From the NCBI RefSeq assembly GCF_006345805.1, contig NC_042999.1, forward strand, positions 98,766,001-98,830,000: a stretch of 64,000 nucleotides of DNA, read 5' to 3'. The stretch comes from Octopus sinensis (Eukaryota). Below, in pieces: positions 1 through 12,119 of this stretch. The position numbers and the translations under genes were made by a program. The number at the start of each line of letters is the position of its first letter. The stretch's first letter is position 1. The notes under the pieces were generated by a model, which was given only the letters and a program-made list of their open reading frames with translations, did not search any database and was not told where the DNA came from.

Positions 1-130
1 AAGAGAATAAGTATTAGGCTTTAAAAAAGTATATAACCATTCTTCAAGGTGGTACCCCAGCATGTTTGCAGTCTAATCATTGAAACACATAAAACAATAT
101 ATATATATATATTCATTTGTTTCACAATGT

Positions 131-214
131 CTACCTCTGATGAGTGCAGGGTTACATAATTGGAATGTTACCTAACAATCTGTTGAACCCCATGTGCGAA
201 ACCAAGTGTAAGAT
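131..214 (+). ncRNA. Type I hammerhead ribozyme candidate (core intact, stem I weak)
   Basis: CTGATGA (137-143), stem II GTGCA/TGTGC extended by GGGTT/AACCC, GAAA (198-201), stem III AC-caagt-GT, cleavage triplet GTA, then AGAT. Stem I pairing with ACCT has a mismatch. Confidence 0.5.
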
Positions 215-479
215 CTGCTGTAATGGCTATATAATGCTATACACCTTGATTAATATGTAATACAGTATATATATATATATATATATATACATATATTATG
301 ATACATTTCTGTGTGTGTGAAAATATGTATAAAACACTCCAGCTAGTCAGCTTTCATAAGATAGTATGGTTTCATAATATTTTCTCTGCTTTCTCAAACT
401 TTTATGTGTCTTGTGTAGTTCTGATCAGTCTTTGACATCTTGATATACTCTATTCTTGACCCAAGAGCGTATTAAATAT

Positions 480-650
480 AACAGCTAGAAGAAGTGAGTG
501 CTGCACTCTTCTGACTGATACTCATTACAGTTGAGCTGGAAAGAGGAATGTAACCTATAGTGCCTTCCTTCAGGACATATCACACTACACTGTCTAGGAA
601 CTGAACCCATCAGCTTATGACCATGAGCTGAACTCCATATCCACTTTGCC
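480..650 (-). mobile_element. Degenerate tRNA-headed SINE (family E-like)
   Basis: Reverse complement reads TGGCAAAGTGG ... GGGTTCAGTTCC (A/B-box-like) followed by tcctgaaggaaggcact, resembling the family E core. Confidence 0.4.
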
Positions 651-1389
651 ATCTGATTTTACAGATGTGTATGTATTTATATATATATATGTATATATTA
701 TTATGTGTATATATATACACACAGAGACACAGACACATATATACATCTATACACAAATACACTTACGTAAATATATATATATATATATATACATACATAT
801 GTATGTATGGAATTTGTTAAGGCAGATTTTCTACAGGTGTCTTCCTGTTGCCAATCCTCTCCTATTTCCGAGCAAGGTTTTATTTTCTTATAGTTTGACA
901 TGTGTTTTTATGGAAAACCGAAAACGAACAACCTTGCTTGCATAAAATTGATGCTCACAACCATCAGGTAATGTCTTGAGAAGGATACATGCTAAGACAC
1001 ATATGCATGCACATGCAAGCACGCATATGCATGCATGTGTTTCATTGTCATTAATCATCACCATCATCTTCATCGTCATTTAATGTTGCTTACCATACTC
1101 CCATGTGAGGACACATTATATTTATATATATGTATAAGCTTGTGTATACATGTATATTTGTGTCCATGTTTGTCCGGCTCACCACTGCTTCACAACCAGT
1201 GTTGGTATGTTTACATCCCAGTAACTTAGTGGTTTAGCAAAAGTGATTGATAGAATAAGTACAAGGCTTTAAAAGAAAATAAGTACTGGAATCGATTAGT
1301 TTGACTACAAATTCCTTGAAGTGACACCCCAGTCTGATGACCACAGTCTAATGGAAGAAATAAAAAATAAAGGATATATATGCATAGAA

Positions 1390-1530
1390 GCAAGCATGAC
1401 TGTATGGGATGAAGCTTGCTTCCCAGCCATATGGTTCTGTGTGGCACCTTGGGCAAGTGTCTTCTATAGCCTTGGGTTGACCAAAGCCTTGTGATGGTAG
1501 ATGGAAACTGAAAAAAGCCCATTGTGTGTG

Positions 1531-1563
<33 letters not shown>

Positions 1564-1780
1564 ATCTATGTGTGTGTCTTTGTGTCTGTGTTTATCCTCC
1601 CATTACTGCTGACAACAGGTGTTGGTGTATTTATGTTCCTATAACATAATGGTTTGGCAAAAGAGACCAATATAATTAGTACCAGGCTTAAAAAAAAAGT
1701 CCTGGAGTCGGTGTGTTTGACTTAAACCTTTTGAGGTGATGCTCTAGCATGGGCGCAGTCGAATGACAAACAAATAAAAG
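1390..1780 (+). mobile_element. SINE family A (tRNA head + CORE-like domain + internal microsatellite + 3' module)
   Basis: gtggcaccttgggcaagtgtcttctatagc...ggaaactgaaa, then (TA)/(TG) run, then gtttggcaaaagagacc...ctagcatgggcgcagtcgaatgac. A 3'-only copy lies at about 1150-1375 and another at 1-90. Confidence 0.8.
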
Positions 1781-1917
1781 AGTAAAAGAGTATAATATAT
1801 ATAATAATATAAATGAGTTAAGTATGTGACATGCTTTTGAATAACAAAAACAAATAAGGTTATATTAAATATACAAGATAAATTCTTGATTTTTTAAAAA
1901 ATTATTTCCATTTTTAG

Positions 1918-2056
1918 AGCTAGTTGAATTATTGCTTAATGGTATTTGGGATCAGCCTCAGATGAAAAGGGGAAATAATTTTGAAATTCATAAGTTCTCC
2001 ACACCTGATATCATTAAAGAGAAGATAATCTGCTCATTTGGAGATGAAGTGGACCT
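1918..2056 (+). CDS. Candidate internal coding exon of unidentified host gene
   Basis: Acceptor attatttccatttttag, donor gtgagt. 139 bp, phase 1 to phase 2, only one open frame: LVELLLNGIWDQPQMKRGNNFEIHKFSTPDIIKEKIICSFGDEVD. Product not recognised. Confidence 0.55.
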
Positions 2057-2274
2057 GTGAGTATCAGTTTGGGGGAGGAGGAAGTGAAGGAAAGGAAATA
2101 GGAATAGGTCAGGGAGGAGGAGGAGGAGGTGATAAAGGACAATAGTAGGGATACATTGTGAAGTGTAGGGGGATAAGTGTTATCATTTACAACCTCTGAG
2201 TATGTAGCACTGCAGAAGATTGATTGAGGAATAGGTGTTTGTTGTGAGTGGGAGGCTTGATATGGTCTTATTTT

Positions 2275-2810
2275 TGCAGAGGTTTATGGATATTATGAAG
2301 CACAACATATCACCATTCATCTCTATCTCTTGCCGTCTCCTTCAAGAGCCTCAACACTTTAAGGTCAGTCTTCACTACATCATCTCATGTCTTTCTGAGT
2401 CTCCTTCTTCCACAGGCTCTGTCCCTGTTTGGCAATCTCTACTTCTTTATATAGCTGTCCTTATCCATCCACATCACACGACGATACCAGCACAGTCTTC
2501 TCTCTTGTACACCACATCTGATGCCTCTTATGTCCAGTTTTTCTCTCAATCCATTTGTACTTTGCACATCTAGCAAAGTATTTCTTTGTTTTCTTTGCAT
2601 GACCGCTGCATTTACAGCCCAAGTTTCACAACCATTTGCACTGCTGTTTGTACAAACATATTGTACAATCTACCTTTCACTATGAAAGAGACCTCTTGTT
2701 ACCAACAGAGATAATAGTTCTCTGAACATTCTCCAGCCAGTTCTTATTCTAGCTACTGTACTTTTAGCACATACTCTAGCACTGCTAATCATATCTCCTG
2801 AGTAACATAT
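2275..2810 (-). mobile_element. RTE-clade LINE 3' fragment (RT thumb/C-terminus), decayed
   Basis: Minus-strand translation with frameshifts gives CYSGDMISS..TVARIRTGWRMFRELLSLL..RLY..GCETWAV and KT*DDVVKTDLKVL..RDRDEW, typical of the RTE ORF end. Confidence 0.85.
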
Positions 2811-2999
2811 ATGCATATTTGTATATGTGTATATATATATGCATGTTTACATGTATATGTATGTCTTCGCCACCCACATTTTACATTGGTTACACTCCTG
2901 AGCCCCCAAATTATTTTTCCTCCACCACCGTACATCTCTTCCTCTTTCTCCTCCCCTCACCTTCTCACATTCTCTTTCATTCTTCCCCTGTCTATTGCA

Positions 3000-3195
3000 A
3001 CAGAATCATTAGCATGTTGTGCAAAATGCATTTTGTTCATCGTTATGTTCTGAGTTCAAATCCCGCCGAAGTCAACTTTGCTTTTCAGCTTTTGGGGTCA
3101 ATAAAATAAGTACCAGTTGAACTCTGGGGTCAAGGTAACTAACTTATCTCCTCCCCCGAAATTGCTGGCCTGTGACAAAATTTGAAACCATTATT
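3000..3195 (+). mobile_element. SINE family B
   Basis: cagaatcattagc...gttctgagttcaaatcccgccgaagtcaactttgc...gataaaataagtaccagttg...tttgaaaccattattac; matches other B copies in the window. Confidence 0.75.
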
Positions 3196-3491
3196 ACTTA
3201 TTATTAAGGTAGCAAGCTCTCTAACTATTTCTCACTCTCACCATATACACTCTTGTAATCTCCATTCACCCTCACTTCTGTTTTCCTGTTCCTGCTCACT
3301 TCTACTCACCTGATATCTTGATGTTACCAACTGACAGCTCATCACTTTTTCTCTCTTTCCATTTCCAATCTGGCCACTTCCTCTCCCTCTCCTCCATAAT
3401 TTAAGTAGCTGTGTAGCTCCTCTATAGCAAGAAACCTGTTCTCTTCTGACCCTTAACTTCTCATCTCATAGCACAAAGTAGCCTCCCTCTT

Positions 3492-3740
3492 GGCATGTAG
3501 CTTAGTGGTGTTAAGGTATTGAACTCATGATTATAAGATTATGGTTTTGATTCCTGGACCAGGTGACACGTGTTCTTGAGCAAGACACTTCATTTGACAT
3601 TGCTCCAGTCAGCTCAGCTGGCACAATTGAGTAATCCTGTGATGGACCAGCATTCCCTCCAGGTGCAGAATACATATGCCACGAAACCAGGAAACCGGCA
3701 CTTATGAGTCACCATGGCTCGAGAACGTAACTTTACCTTT
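3492..3740 (+). mobile_element. SINE family E (tRNA head, ttgagcaagacact core)
   Basis: tagcttagtggt ... gattcctggacc ... gttcttgagcaagacacttcattt...ttgctccagtc; tail resembles the 33480-33777 copy. Confidence 0.65.
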
Positions 3741-3859
3741 ATCTCTCTCTCTATTGCAACCCCCACTCAGTCAAAGGGGATCTTAGTCAAGGAGGCTGCA
3801 TAGCAACCTCACTAGTGCTGGTGCCATGGAAGAAAGCGTCCAGTACATACTGTGAAATG

Positions 3860-4014
3860 GTTGAGGGTAGGAAAGTCACCCAAATATAGAAACCATGCCA
3901 AAGTTGACATTGGAACATGATGTAGTGTTTGAACTTGTTGCATCCTGTCAAACTATCCAATACCTGCCAGTTTGGAACATAGTTGTTAAATGATGATGAT
4001 GATGATGATGATGA
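3860..4014 (+). mobile_element. SINE family C 3' end with (GAT)n tail
   Basis: agaaaccatgccaaag...tcctgtcaaactatccaa...gttaaatgatgatgatg; same end as the other C copies. Another plus-strand tail lies at about 9640-9784. Confidence 0.6.
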
Positions 4015-4110
4015 GTAAATGATGATACACATCTAGGTATATATTTATATGTATATTTGTTATGTGTATATTTATATATATATTTGTTAATGTATGTATG
4101 TATATTTTTT

Positions 4111-4542
4111 GAAGGTGCATGTGAAGGTACATGGCTCTGTGGCTAGAGCATTTGGGATCACAATTGTGAGGTAATGAGTTCAATTCCCAGACTGTGCTGT
4201 ATGTTGTGTTCTTGAGCAAGACACTTAGTTTCATGTTGCTCCAGTTTCCTCAGCTGCAGAGATGAGTTGCAGTGACACTGATGTTAAGCTGTATTAGCTT
4301 TGCCTTTCCCTTGGGTAACATCGGTAGCATGTAGAGGGGAGGCTGGTATGCATGGGCAATGACTGGTCTTTCATAAACAATCTTGCCCAGACTTCATTTC
4401 ATGCTGCTCCAGTTCAGCCAGCTGGTAAAAATGAGCATTCCTGCAATGGACCAGCATCTTATCCAGTGGGTGGAATATATAAGCTACAAAAGCTGGGAAA
4501 CCAGCTTTATGGTCCTCTGGTTTGAGAAGGATCTTTCATCCT

Positions 4543-4547
<5 letters not shown>
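4111..4547 (+). mobile_element. SINE family E
   Basis: gaaggtacatggctctgtggctagagc...gagttcaattccc...ttcttgagcaagacact...ggctggtatgcatgggc; near-identical organisation to 15669-15993. Confidence 0.7.
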
Positions 4548-4579
<32 letters not shown>

Positions 4580-4581
<2 letters not shown>

Positions 4582-4977
4582 CGCAGGAGTGGCTGTGTGG
4601 TAAGTAGCTTGCCTACCAACCACATGGTTCTGGGTTCAGTCCCACTGCGTGGCATCTTGGGCAAGTGTCTTCTACTATAGCTTCGGGCCGACCAAAGCCT
4701 TGTGAGTGGATTTGGTAGACGGAAACTGAAAGAAGCCTGTCGTATATATATATATATATGTATGTATATGTTTGTGTGCCTGTGTTTGTCCCTCTACCAT
4801 TGCTTGACAACCGATGCTGGTGTGTTTACGTCCCCGTCACTTAGCGGTTCAGCAAAAGAGACCGATAGAATAAGTACTGGGCTTACAAAGAATAAGTCCG
4901 GGGTCGATTTGCTCGACTAAAGGCGGTGCTCCAGCATGGCTGCAATCAAATGACTGAAACAAGTAAAAGAGTAAGAG
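4580..4977 (+). mobile_element. SINE family A, full-length well-preserved copy
   Basis: Head ggcgcaggagtggctgtgtggtaag...gggttcagtccc (A/B-box-like), CORE-like tggcatcttgggcaagtg, internal (TA)n(TG)n, tail aaatgactgaaacaagtaaaagag. Confidence 0.9.
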
Positions 4978-4989
4978 TATATATATATA

Positions 4990-5330
4990 TATGTATATGA
5001 GTATATATAACAGATTTGGCATTATGTTTATGGCTGGATGCCCTTCCTAATGCCAACTGCTTTACTGAGTGTGCTGGATGCTTTTTACCGGACACCAGCA
5101 CCACCATGGTCCCCAAGTAACTTGCAAGACAGAGACCCTTCAACTGAGAAGGGGAGTGGTATTGAGAGAGGTGGCTTTGTGCCCAGGTGATGGGAAGTTA
5201 AACTATGATAAAGTGACAGAAACAAGTGCTTTGTTGTAGAGAGGATACATGGCTATCTCAGTTGGAGAGAAAAAGAGACAGAGGGAGAAATAAGATGGTA
5301 TTGAAGATATGCCAGGGTGTACCCTCATCA
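4990..5330 (-). mobile_element. SINE family C with 5' extension
   Basis: ggctggatgcccttcctaatgccaac... plus an upstream segment (ctctacaacaaagcacttgtttctgtcac on the minus strand) shared with the 37590-38012 copy. Confidence 0.6.
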
Positions 5331-5686
5331 TACAAAGAGGTGAATCTAAGTGGAGTCGTACAGAAGACTGAGCAGGGTGAGTGAGCAGAGAGTTCATGAA
5401 TATATGAAAGGTGAGTGGGGAAGAGAGGAGGAGAAGGGGTATGCAGTGAGTGGTGAACACAAGTATTTATATAGAGAGAGACATTCATATTCACATATAT
5501 ATATAGAGACATATCATTATGTATATATTTATATACATATATACTCATATATATACTGAGACATTACAACGTAGCATAGAATGTCTTGCTGAATTTATTC
5601 TGCCAACAGATGTTTGGAGGTCAACTCCAATTTGAACTCTTTCCCTTCTGAGATCACTAAAAATGTATTGATATAGGAACCACAAG

Positions 5687-5918
5687 AAGGCAGTGAGCTG
5701 GCAGAAACGTTAGAACACCGGGCAAAATGCTTAGTGGTATTTCATCTGTCTTTATGTTCTAAGTTTAAATTCTGCTGAGGTTGATTTTGCCCTTCATCCT
5801 TTGTGTGTGTGTGTGGGGGGGGTGTCAATAAATTAAGTACCAGTTGCATACTGGGTTCGATCTAATCCACTGGCCCCCTCCCCAAAAATTTTGGGCCTTG
5901 TGCCTAGAGCAGAAAAGA
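5687..5918 (+). mobile_element. SINE family B with 16-bp TSD
   Basis: gagctggcagaaacgttag...agaaaagaat, flanked by atataggaa(c/t)cacaag at 5671-5686 and 5919-5934. Confidence 0.85.
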
Positions 5919-6161
5919 ATATAGGAATCACAAGGACAATGATCAAACCAGATTTTTTCCAGTATATGTTTAAGCTTTTATCATTCATGGTTCAAATTCC
6001 ACCAAGTCCAGCCTGGTTTAATACCACCACTAGGGATCTAGGATGTCCTTAGCAGAGTGCACTCTATTGCAAACATTTAAACTATGTCTCCAATTTGAGG
6101 ATATCTACCAGCCTCAAAGATTCTGTGAAGGGTCAAAGGCACTGGTTGAATAATAATAAGA

Positions 6162-6373
6162 TGGCGATGAGCTGGCAGAAACTTTAGCATGCTGGGCGAA
6201 ATGCTTAGCAGTATTTTGTCTGTTTTTACGTTCTGAGTTCAAATTCCTCCGAGGTCGACTTTGCCTTTCATCCTTTCAGGATCGATAAATTAAGTACCAG
6301 TTGCGTGCTGGGATCGATCTAATTGACTGGCCCTCTCCCCCAAAATTTCAGATCTTGTGCCTAGAGTAGAAAA
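6162..6373 (+). mobile_element. SINE family B with 14-bp TSD
   Basis: Body matches the B consensus; flanked by a perfect gaataataataaga at 6148-6161 and 6374-6387. Confidence 0.85.
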
Positions 6374-6906
6374 GAATAATAATAAGAACAACAACAATCC
6401 AGTGTTCCACTACCTTCAGTAATGCATTGTGTGACCACTATTCCAGTTGAGCACTATGCTCATGCATTGTGACTCATCTGTCTGCATGAACAAATTAATC
6501 CATTTGCTGGTGGTTTGTGTCAGTAGGCACTGTTGATGGTTCTTCCACTGCATGGTTTGTTTTCAATACTAATTTATCCTTTAAATATTGTCCATCTGTT
6601 CACAGTGTTCTGTATCATTTCTGTAAACAACGTGTAGCCTTCTGTCAATGTCAGACTATGCACCCATCATTCATCAAGAACTCATTGCTTCTTCTTGGAC
6701 CTCATTATTTTCCTGCAATGTGAATTGAAGAAGAAGAAGAATTATTGTAGAAGGGTTACTCAACCAACATGTCAAATAGACATCCTTTGTCTATTAATGG
6801 AAATGATATACGTATAATGTATTAAATATATAAAATATACATCTATACATGCATATACATATAATACCTCTAATATGCTATATATAACACACATACACAT
6901 TTCATA

Positions 6907-7124
6907 CAACAGGGTGCTGAAAAATTCTTGGCTTTAAGGGTATCAGGAAAGGCCTGGCTGGAGGCTCAGCCTCCCGATTTCTTTTACTGGGCTTAGAAAA
7001 ACTGAAGGATTGCTGCAATATGTATGTGAATCTGAGAGGGGAATATGTTGAATAAAATCATCATTAACTCATCTTCCTGTGTTTTCTTTTACCCAAAAGC
7101 TAGGAACTTTTCAGCACCCACTTA
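6907..7124 (+). mobile_element. Mariner-derived MITE (about 210 bp)
   Basis: TIRs GGGTGCTGAAAAATTCTTGGCTT (from 6912) and AAGCTAGGAACTTTTCAGCACCC (to 7119). Interior encodes GLEKLKDCCNMYVNLRGEYVE*, a mariner transposase C-terminus. Confidence 0.8.
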
Positions 7125-7128
7125 TGTA

Positions 7129-7172
<44 letters not shown>

Positions 7173-10005
7173 GACAACAAATTCTCAATATAAAATAGTG
7201 TACTTTTAAACACAAAAGAAAACTACCTTTAATAGGTCATTTTTACATGCTATATATATGTAATATATATGTGTGCGTATGTGAATGTGCATGTTGATTA
7301 GAAATGTGTGTTGAACGTATTTATAAATTCCAGGTGTTATTCTAAACAAACCATTTTAGCATTTATAAATGCATTTTCACTACATTACCTAATATTGATA
7401 TGTGAATCACTAACACTTCTTATCTTGTTGTTATCACTCTCTGTTGAAAAGCCATGCTTAATTACATTTGTGTGTTTCTTTGTCAAATGTATTTGTGTAT
7501 ATATGTCAATGGAACACTATTGATATTCAATGGAAACATTTTAGTCCCAGGACATTTCTTTGTGTATATGTTTGTACTTATTTATATACTGAAGAGCTTA
7601 TATTATCACAATGACAATATTATCATAAGTAATGTGATACCTGGATTTTAACTCAAAGGTATTTATTTTAGTTGGCTTAATTTGATAGTAACATTGTGGA
7701 AATTTTGTCTTTGATTTATAAGTAAGAGTGCTTGTTTTCAGATTTTATGTTTTGAGTTCAAGTTGTAAAGATTTTTCAGGTTTGTTTCTTAATCTCCTAT
7801 CTTTATGAACCTGATAAAAACTTTGCAGATTAGCATATCTTAACATTTCTTTAGGAACTTCCATTTACATGTTGCTTGGTGCAGCAAGAACCCATTGGAT
7901 AATGTATTCCAGGATACACTAAATTTAAATAAAGATCTGGGACAGTTATGACTGGAAGACTTTTGATCTTAGTTCTACTTAGTCAGGGTTGATTTGGGGA
8001 CAAGCGTCAATGATGTAATTTCCACTTACAGTTGGATATCCTTACTGAAAAATATAATAGCAATGCATGGATGAAAGCCAATGCTTAGCAAGCTTCAGAC
8101 TGCTTACTGTTAGTCATCAAATTGCTCTTTAGTTTGACTAAAGCACTGATTTGGGGTATTTCTTGGTAGTTTCACTAAAACTGAAGAATGTTTTGTACAT
8201 TTTTTAATCCAGAAATTATCTTCTGACAAAGTCCCTCATGACTTGCACAGAAAGACAGCACAGTATTTTTGATATGATTTAGACTTAAAGCTTATAAAAC
8301 TGTCAGGACAGTGATTTATCAATTTGGGCATTGCTTTTCTCCATTACTTGAGCCATGTTTAACTCCAGCTTGAGTCATGTTTAACACAGCCTTTTATATT
8401 TTTTGCTTCAATCCACTAAAATTTGTCCTTGGTCTTCTGTTAGAAATCCACCTGAAACCACTCTTTTTAAAGATTTTAAATTAAAACCTCAACTGAATTG
8501 CTGTTTAACTATCCTTATATATTTTGTAAAGAATTTTTGTTGTTTTGATTTATGAATAAAGAATAATGTTATTTTTAAAAAGCCCACCATATTCTTGAAT
8601 ATTTTACAAACTAACTGGAATGCAGAGCCAATGCATTCTTGTTCAAAATATGATCTACAGGGGTTAATTTAAAAAAGTTAATAAACCTAAGAGATCATGA
8701 TCCAAACATATGCACTGATATGCGATCCTGTTTGGAAATTGCCAAGTTCATATCTTTTATCTTGTTTCAATCATTAGACTGCAGCCATGTTTAGAAAAAC
8801 TTCATTTCCTTCAAATCAGGAACTGAAGATAATATTTATCTTCTGTTCCTTGTTTATTTTCATCAAAGCTTTTTAAGATTAACAATTTTTTTAATGATTA
8901 TTTATTTGACCTTATAATAGTCAAATTCTTCATAATCTCTGTTGTTGCATACTCAACAGAATTTGTGCAAAAGCCAATAATTCACTGATAGTATCACTGA
9001 CTAGAGATCCATGTTTCCAAGCTGATGACCTAATATTGGTCAATAAAAAAATTTCAACCTTCTGTGTTTGATAAAATAAGTAGAAGTTGGATTAAGTATT
9101 GAATATTATAGCAGTGGATTCCTTTATTTAATGACATTATCAACAAAATATGCTATAGTGTATTGAAAAGGGAAGTTTATTTTTCTTTATCAAACGCTGA
9201 TTATTGATTTCATTTTCATGTGATGAGGAAAGTGTCCATTGAGTTTGTGAAACCTCTCCTGCTGAAGGAAAAGGTTAGGTAGAGTCAACTGAATAAGGTT
9301 AATGGTGATAATGTTCAACTTTGAGCACTTAAATGTTGAGAGATTTTGTAAAGTCATACACAGAAAAGGAGTTTCAAATATACTTAGTTTTGAAAATAAA
9401 TAATTTAACAAAATATGTAGTAAAAAAATCTGGATTAATAGTTCTGAAAGATGCATCACAATAAACTTCTGCATCATCAGGTGTTAAAAATATAACTTAA
9501 GATTTTAGAAAATTCACACTAATAGTTGAGTATCTTGAAAAATATATTATTCATAATTTTGTTGTACATGTGTATGATTAATAAAAAAAATGTGAAGCAA
9601 TAGTTTTGTATATTTTTGTGAATGTTTAAATATCAAGTGTTCAGAAGGGCATCTTACCTTAAGAATCATGCCAAAGAAGACAGTAGTGCTTGGCTCAGTC
9701 CACTGGCTATCCAGTTCCTGTCAAACCATCCATGTCATGTCCACATTGAAGGTGGATGCTAAATGATGAGGATGATGATGATGATAGCAAATGTTTGAAA
9801 TAATTTTCATGTGAAGTGGGCCAGTAAGCTTTTGCTTGACCACCAGTGAGCCACTAAATCAGAAAGACTGAGAGTCACTAGTCTATGTTAAAAGGATAGT
9901 GGACACACTTGAAGTGACAAGAATAGAAAAGTCAGTCTAAAGTAGTGGTGGTCATATAAAATTAGTTGAAAGTTCAGGAGATCAGAGATCATTATAGTTG
10001 CAGTC

Positions 10006-10043
<38 letters not shown>

Positions 10044-10511
10044 ACAGTTTTCAATGTAAGCAAATTGTTGAAGTGTGAGTGATAGCTTTCTTATTAGCCT
10101 ATTTTGGTTATTATTTAGATGGGAGAGCATGGGTACCATTTCAAATAAAATGCTTGAGTAGCACTTCATTGTAAGGTTAATGTATATAGGATTAACAGAT
10201 GCTCGAAGCTAAATTATCTGGTTCTAAAGAAGTATAATTTCTATGACACAACTTTGTGAATATTTTGTATGTATGGCTACATTGAGAAACATTTATAAGA
10301 AACGAAATTGTCTTAGCTATGTGTTATTCCTAATTAATGTGGGTATAATGTTGTGAGTTAGTTGTTGATTTTGAATTTATATTCTTTTTCATTATATTTT
10401 TTTTTCTGGGTAAATTTATGCTGAAATTGTTATTTTGACATTTCACAAATTGATATTTCATGGACATTTGTAATTTTACTGTCAAGCTTCCTTCATAAGT
10501 TCCTTGTTCAG

Positions 10512-10537
10512 TAACATGGTTTGTTGTAAAGAGCTAG
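10512..10537 (+). CDS. Speculative 26-nt microexon
   Basis: ttccttgttcag acceptor and CTAG/gtaact donor; phase 2 to phase 1, NMVCCKEL. Phase-compatible with the exons at 1918 and 29875 or 27896. Chance occurrence is quite possible. Confidence 0.25.
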
Positions 10538-10871
10538 GTAACTGATGATTACATTTCTCTAAAGATCAGTTAATTTTATATTTTAAAAACAATTGTCGTC
10601 TCTTCTGTTTCATTAACATTTTCAAGATAGATCAAGGATATTGAAATTTATTTGTAAAAATTCTTAATAGTTATACAAATGTTTTACTATTCTTCTCAAT
10701 ATATTTTATATGCCTGCCTGATTTGTTTCAACCAAAATACTATTTTATTACTATTTTTTTAAATTTCAAGATTTATCCATTCAATAATATCAATTTTAGT
10801 AAAAGGTCATTAGTAGTAGTTAACATTTATTATTAGGTAACACACATTCAAGTATAGACATGCACACACAT

Positions 10872-10914
<43 letters not shown>

Positions 10915-10932
10915 GGGATTCCAATTGTTATA

Positions 10933-11742
10933 TAGGTCAAAGTTGTACAACACTCTCTTGTAGGCTCACCATGCATTCAATATAAGGAGCAACTCTTTTG
11001 GACAGTCTCCTTGTTTAAGTTGGTGGATGCTGCCATAATCCTTGCTGTCAGTTCATCTTTGATGTTTTGTTGGTCTCTTACGCAACTGTTCCCCACACGT
11101 AATAATCAAGGGGGTTGCAGTCTGAGGAGTCAGGTGGCCAGGTTTTAGGGGTGATGTGGTTGCAGAAATTATCTGACAGCCATAATTGGGTTCTCTTGCT
11201 TGTGTGGCATGGTGCAGAGTCCTGTTGCCAGACATAGGGATTCTAGCAGCCACCCTCTTGATCCAGGGCAGCTCTACCTCTACCAGGCACTTGATGTAGG
11301 CCTCTGTGTCGAATGGGAAGCCATGTGGGAAGATAAATGGAGGCATAACATTGCCATCATTAGTAATCACTCCAAACACCATGATATTGATTGGATGTTT
11401 GATTTTTATCACTTTTGGTACACACCCTCACATTGACACCCAAACACTCTGAAATGTTCACAGTTTGTTGGTTCCTCATCAGGGAAACGTTGTTGTGTTG
11501 CATTTGTTAAATAATTGTAAACCGTAACCCTCCCCCTTTTGGAGAAGGGGCTTTGGTTATTGTTTAAAAATTGAATTGTGCCCCTATTTGGGGAAATTGA
11601 CAATATTTTCACCGTCTTTACGGAAGCATTTTTGTTAAAATGCCTTCGATGAATTTCGCTGCAGCCGTACACTTCTATACAAGAGGGAGGACAAGATCCA
11701 ATTGTTCGAAATTGCAAGAGACGGGCCTACAATTCCAGTCTG
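10933..11742 (-). mobile_element. Internally deleted DD37D (maT-type) Tc1/mariner transposon
   Basis: KHPINIMVFGVITNDGNVMPPFIF...YIKCL..V.LPWIKRVA then frameshifted QQDSAPCH-like and WPP.SPDCNPLDY-like motifs. The N-terminal NISECLGVN is joined directly to the catalytic domain. Imperfect TIRs share ttgta and tctcttgYa; TA-rich flanks. Confidence 0.9.
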
Positions 11743-11910
11743 TTATATATTTTGAGTATTGTTATCACTAGCGATATCAAGATATAACTTTGTATTTTGT
11801 ATTTTATGTGTAGATGTATATATATATATATAGATGTACATGTAATATGTACACACATATATATATACACATATATACTTGCATAATATATCTACCCATA
11901 CACACATGCA

Positions 11911-11950
<40 letters not shown>

Positions 11951-11952
11951 TA

Positions 11953-12090
11953 GGGGCAGGTGTGGCTGTGTGGTAACAAACTACGTTCCAAACACATGGT
12001 CCTGGGTTCAGTCCCACTGTGTGGTGACTTGGCATGTGTCTTTTGCTGTAGCTTCAGACCAACAAAAGCCTTCTCAGTGGATTTTGTACA
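11953..12090 (+). mobile_element. SINE family A, 5' half only
   Basis: gggcaggtgtggctgtgtggtaa...gggttcagtcccactg...accaacaaaagcc...gtggatttt, then truncated. Confidence 0.75.
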
Positions 12091-12119
12091 TATGCACAGG
12101 CATACATACATGTATAAAC

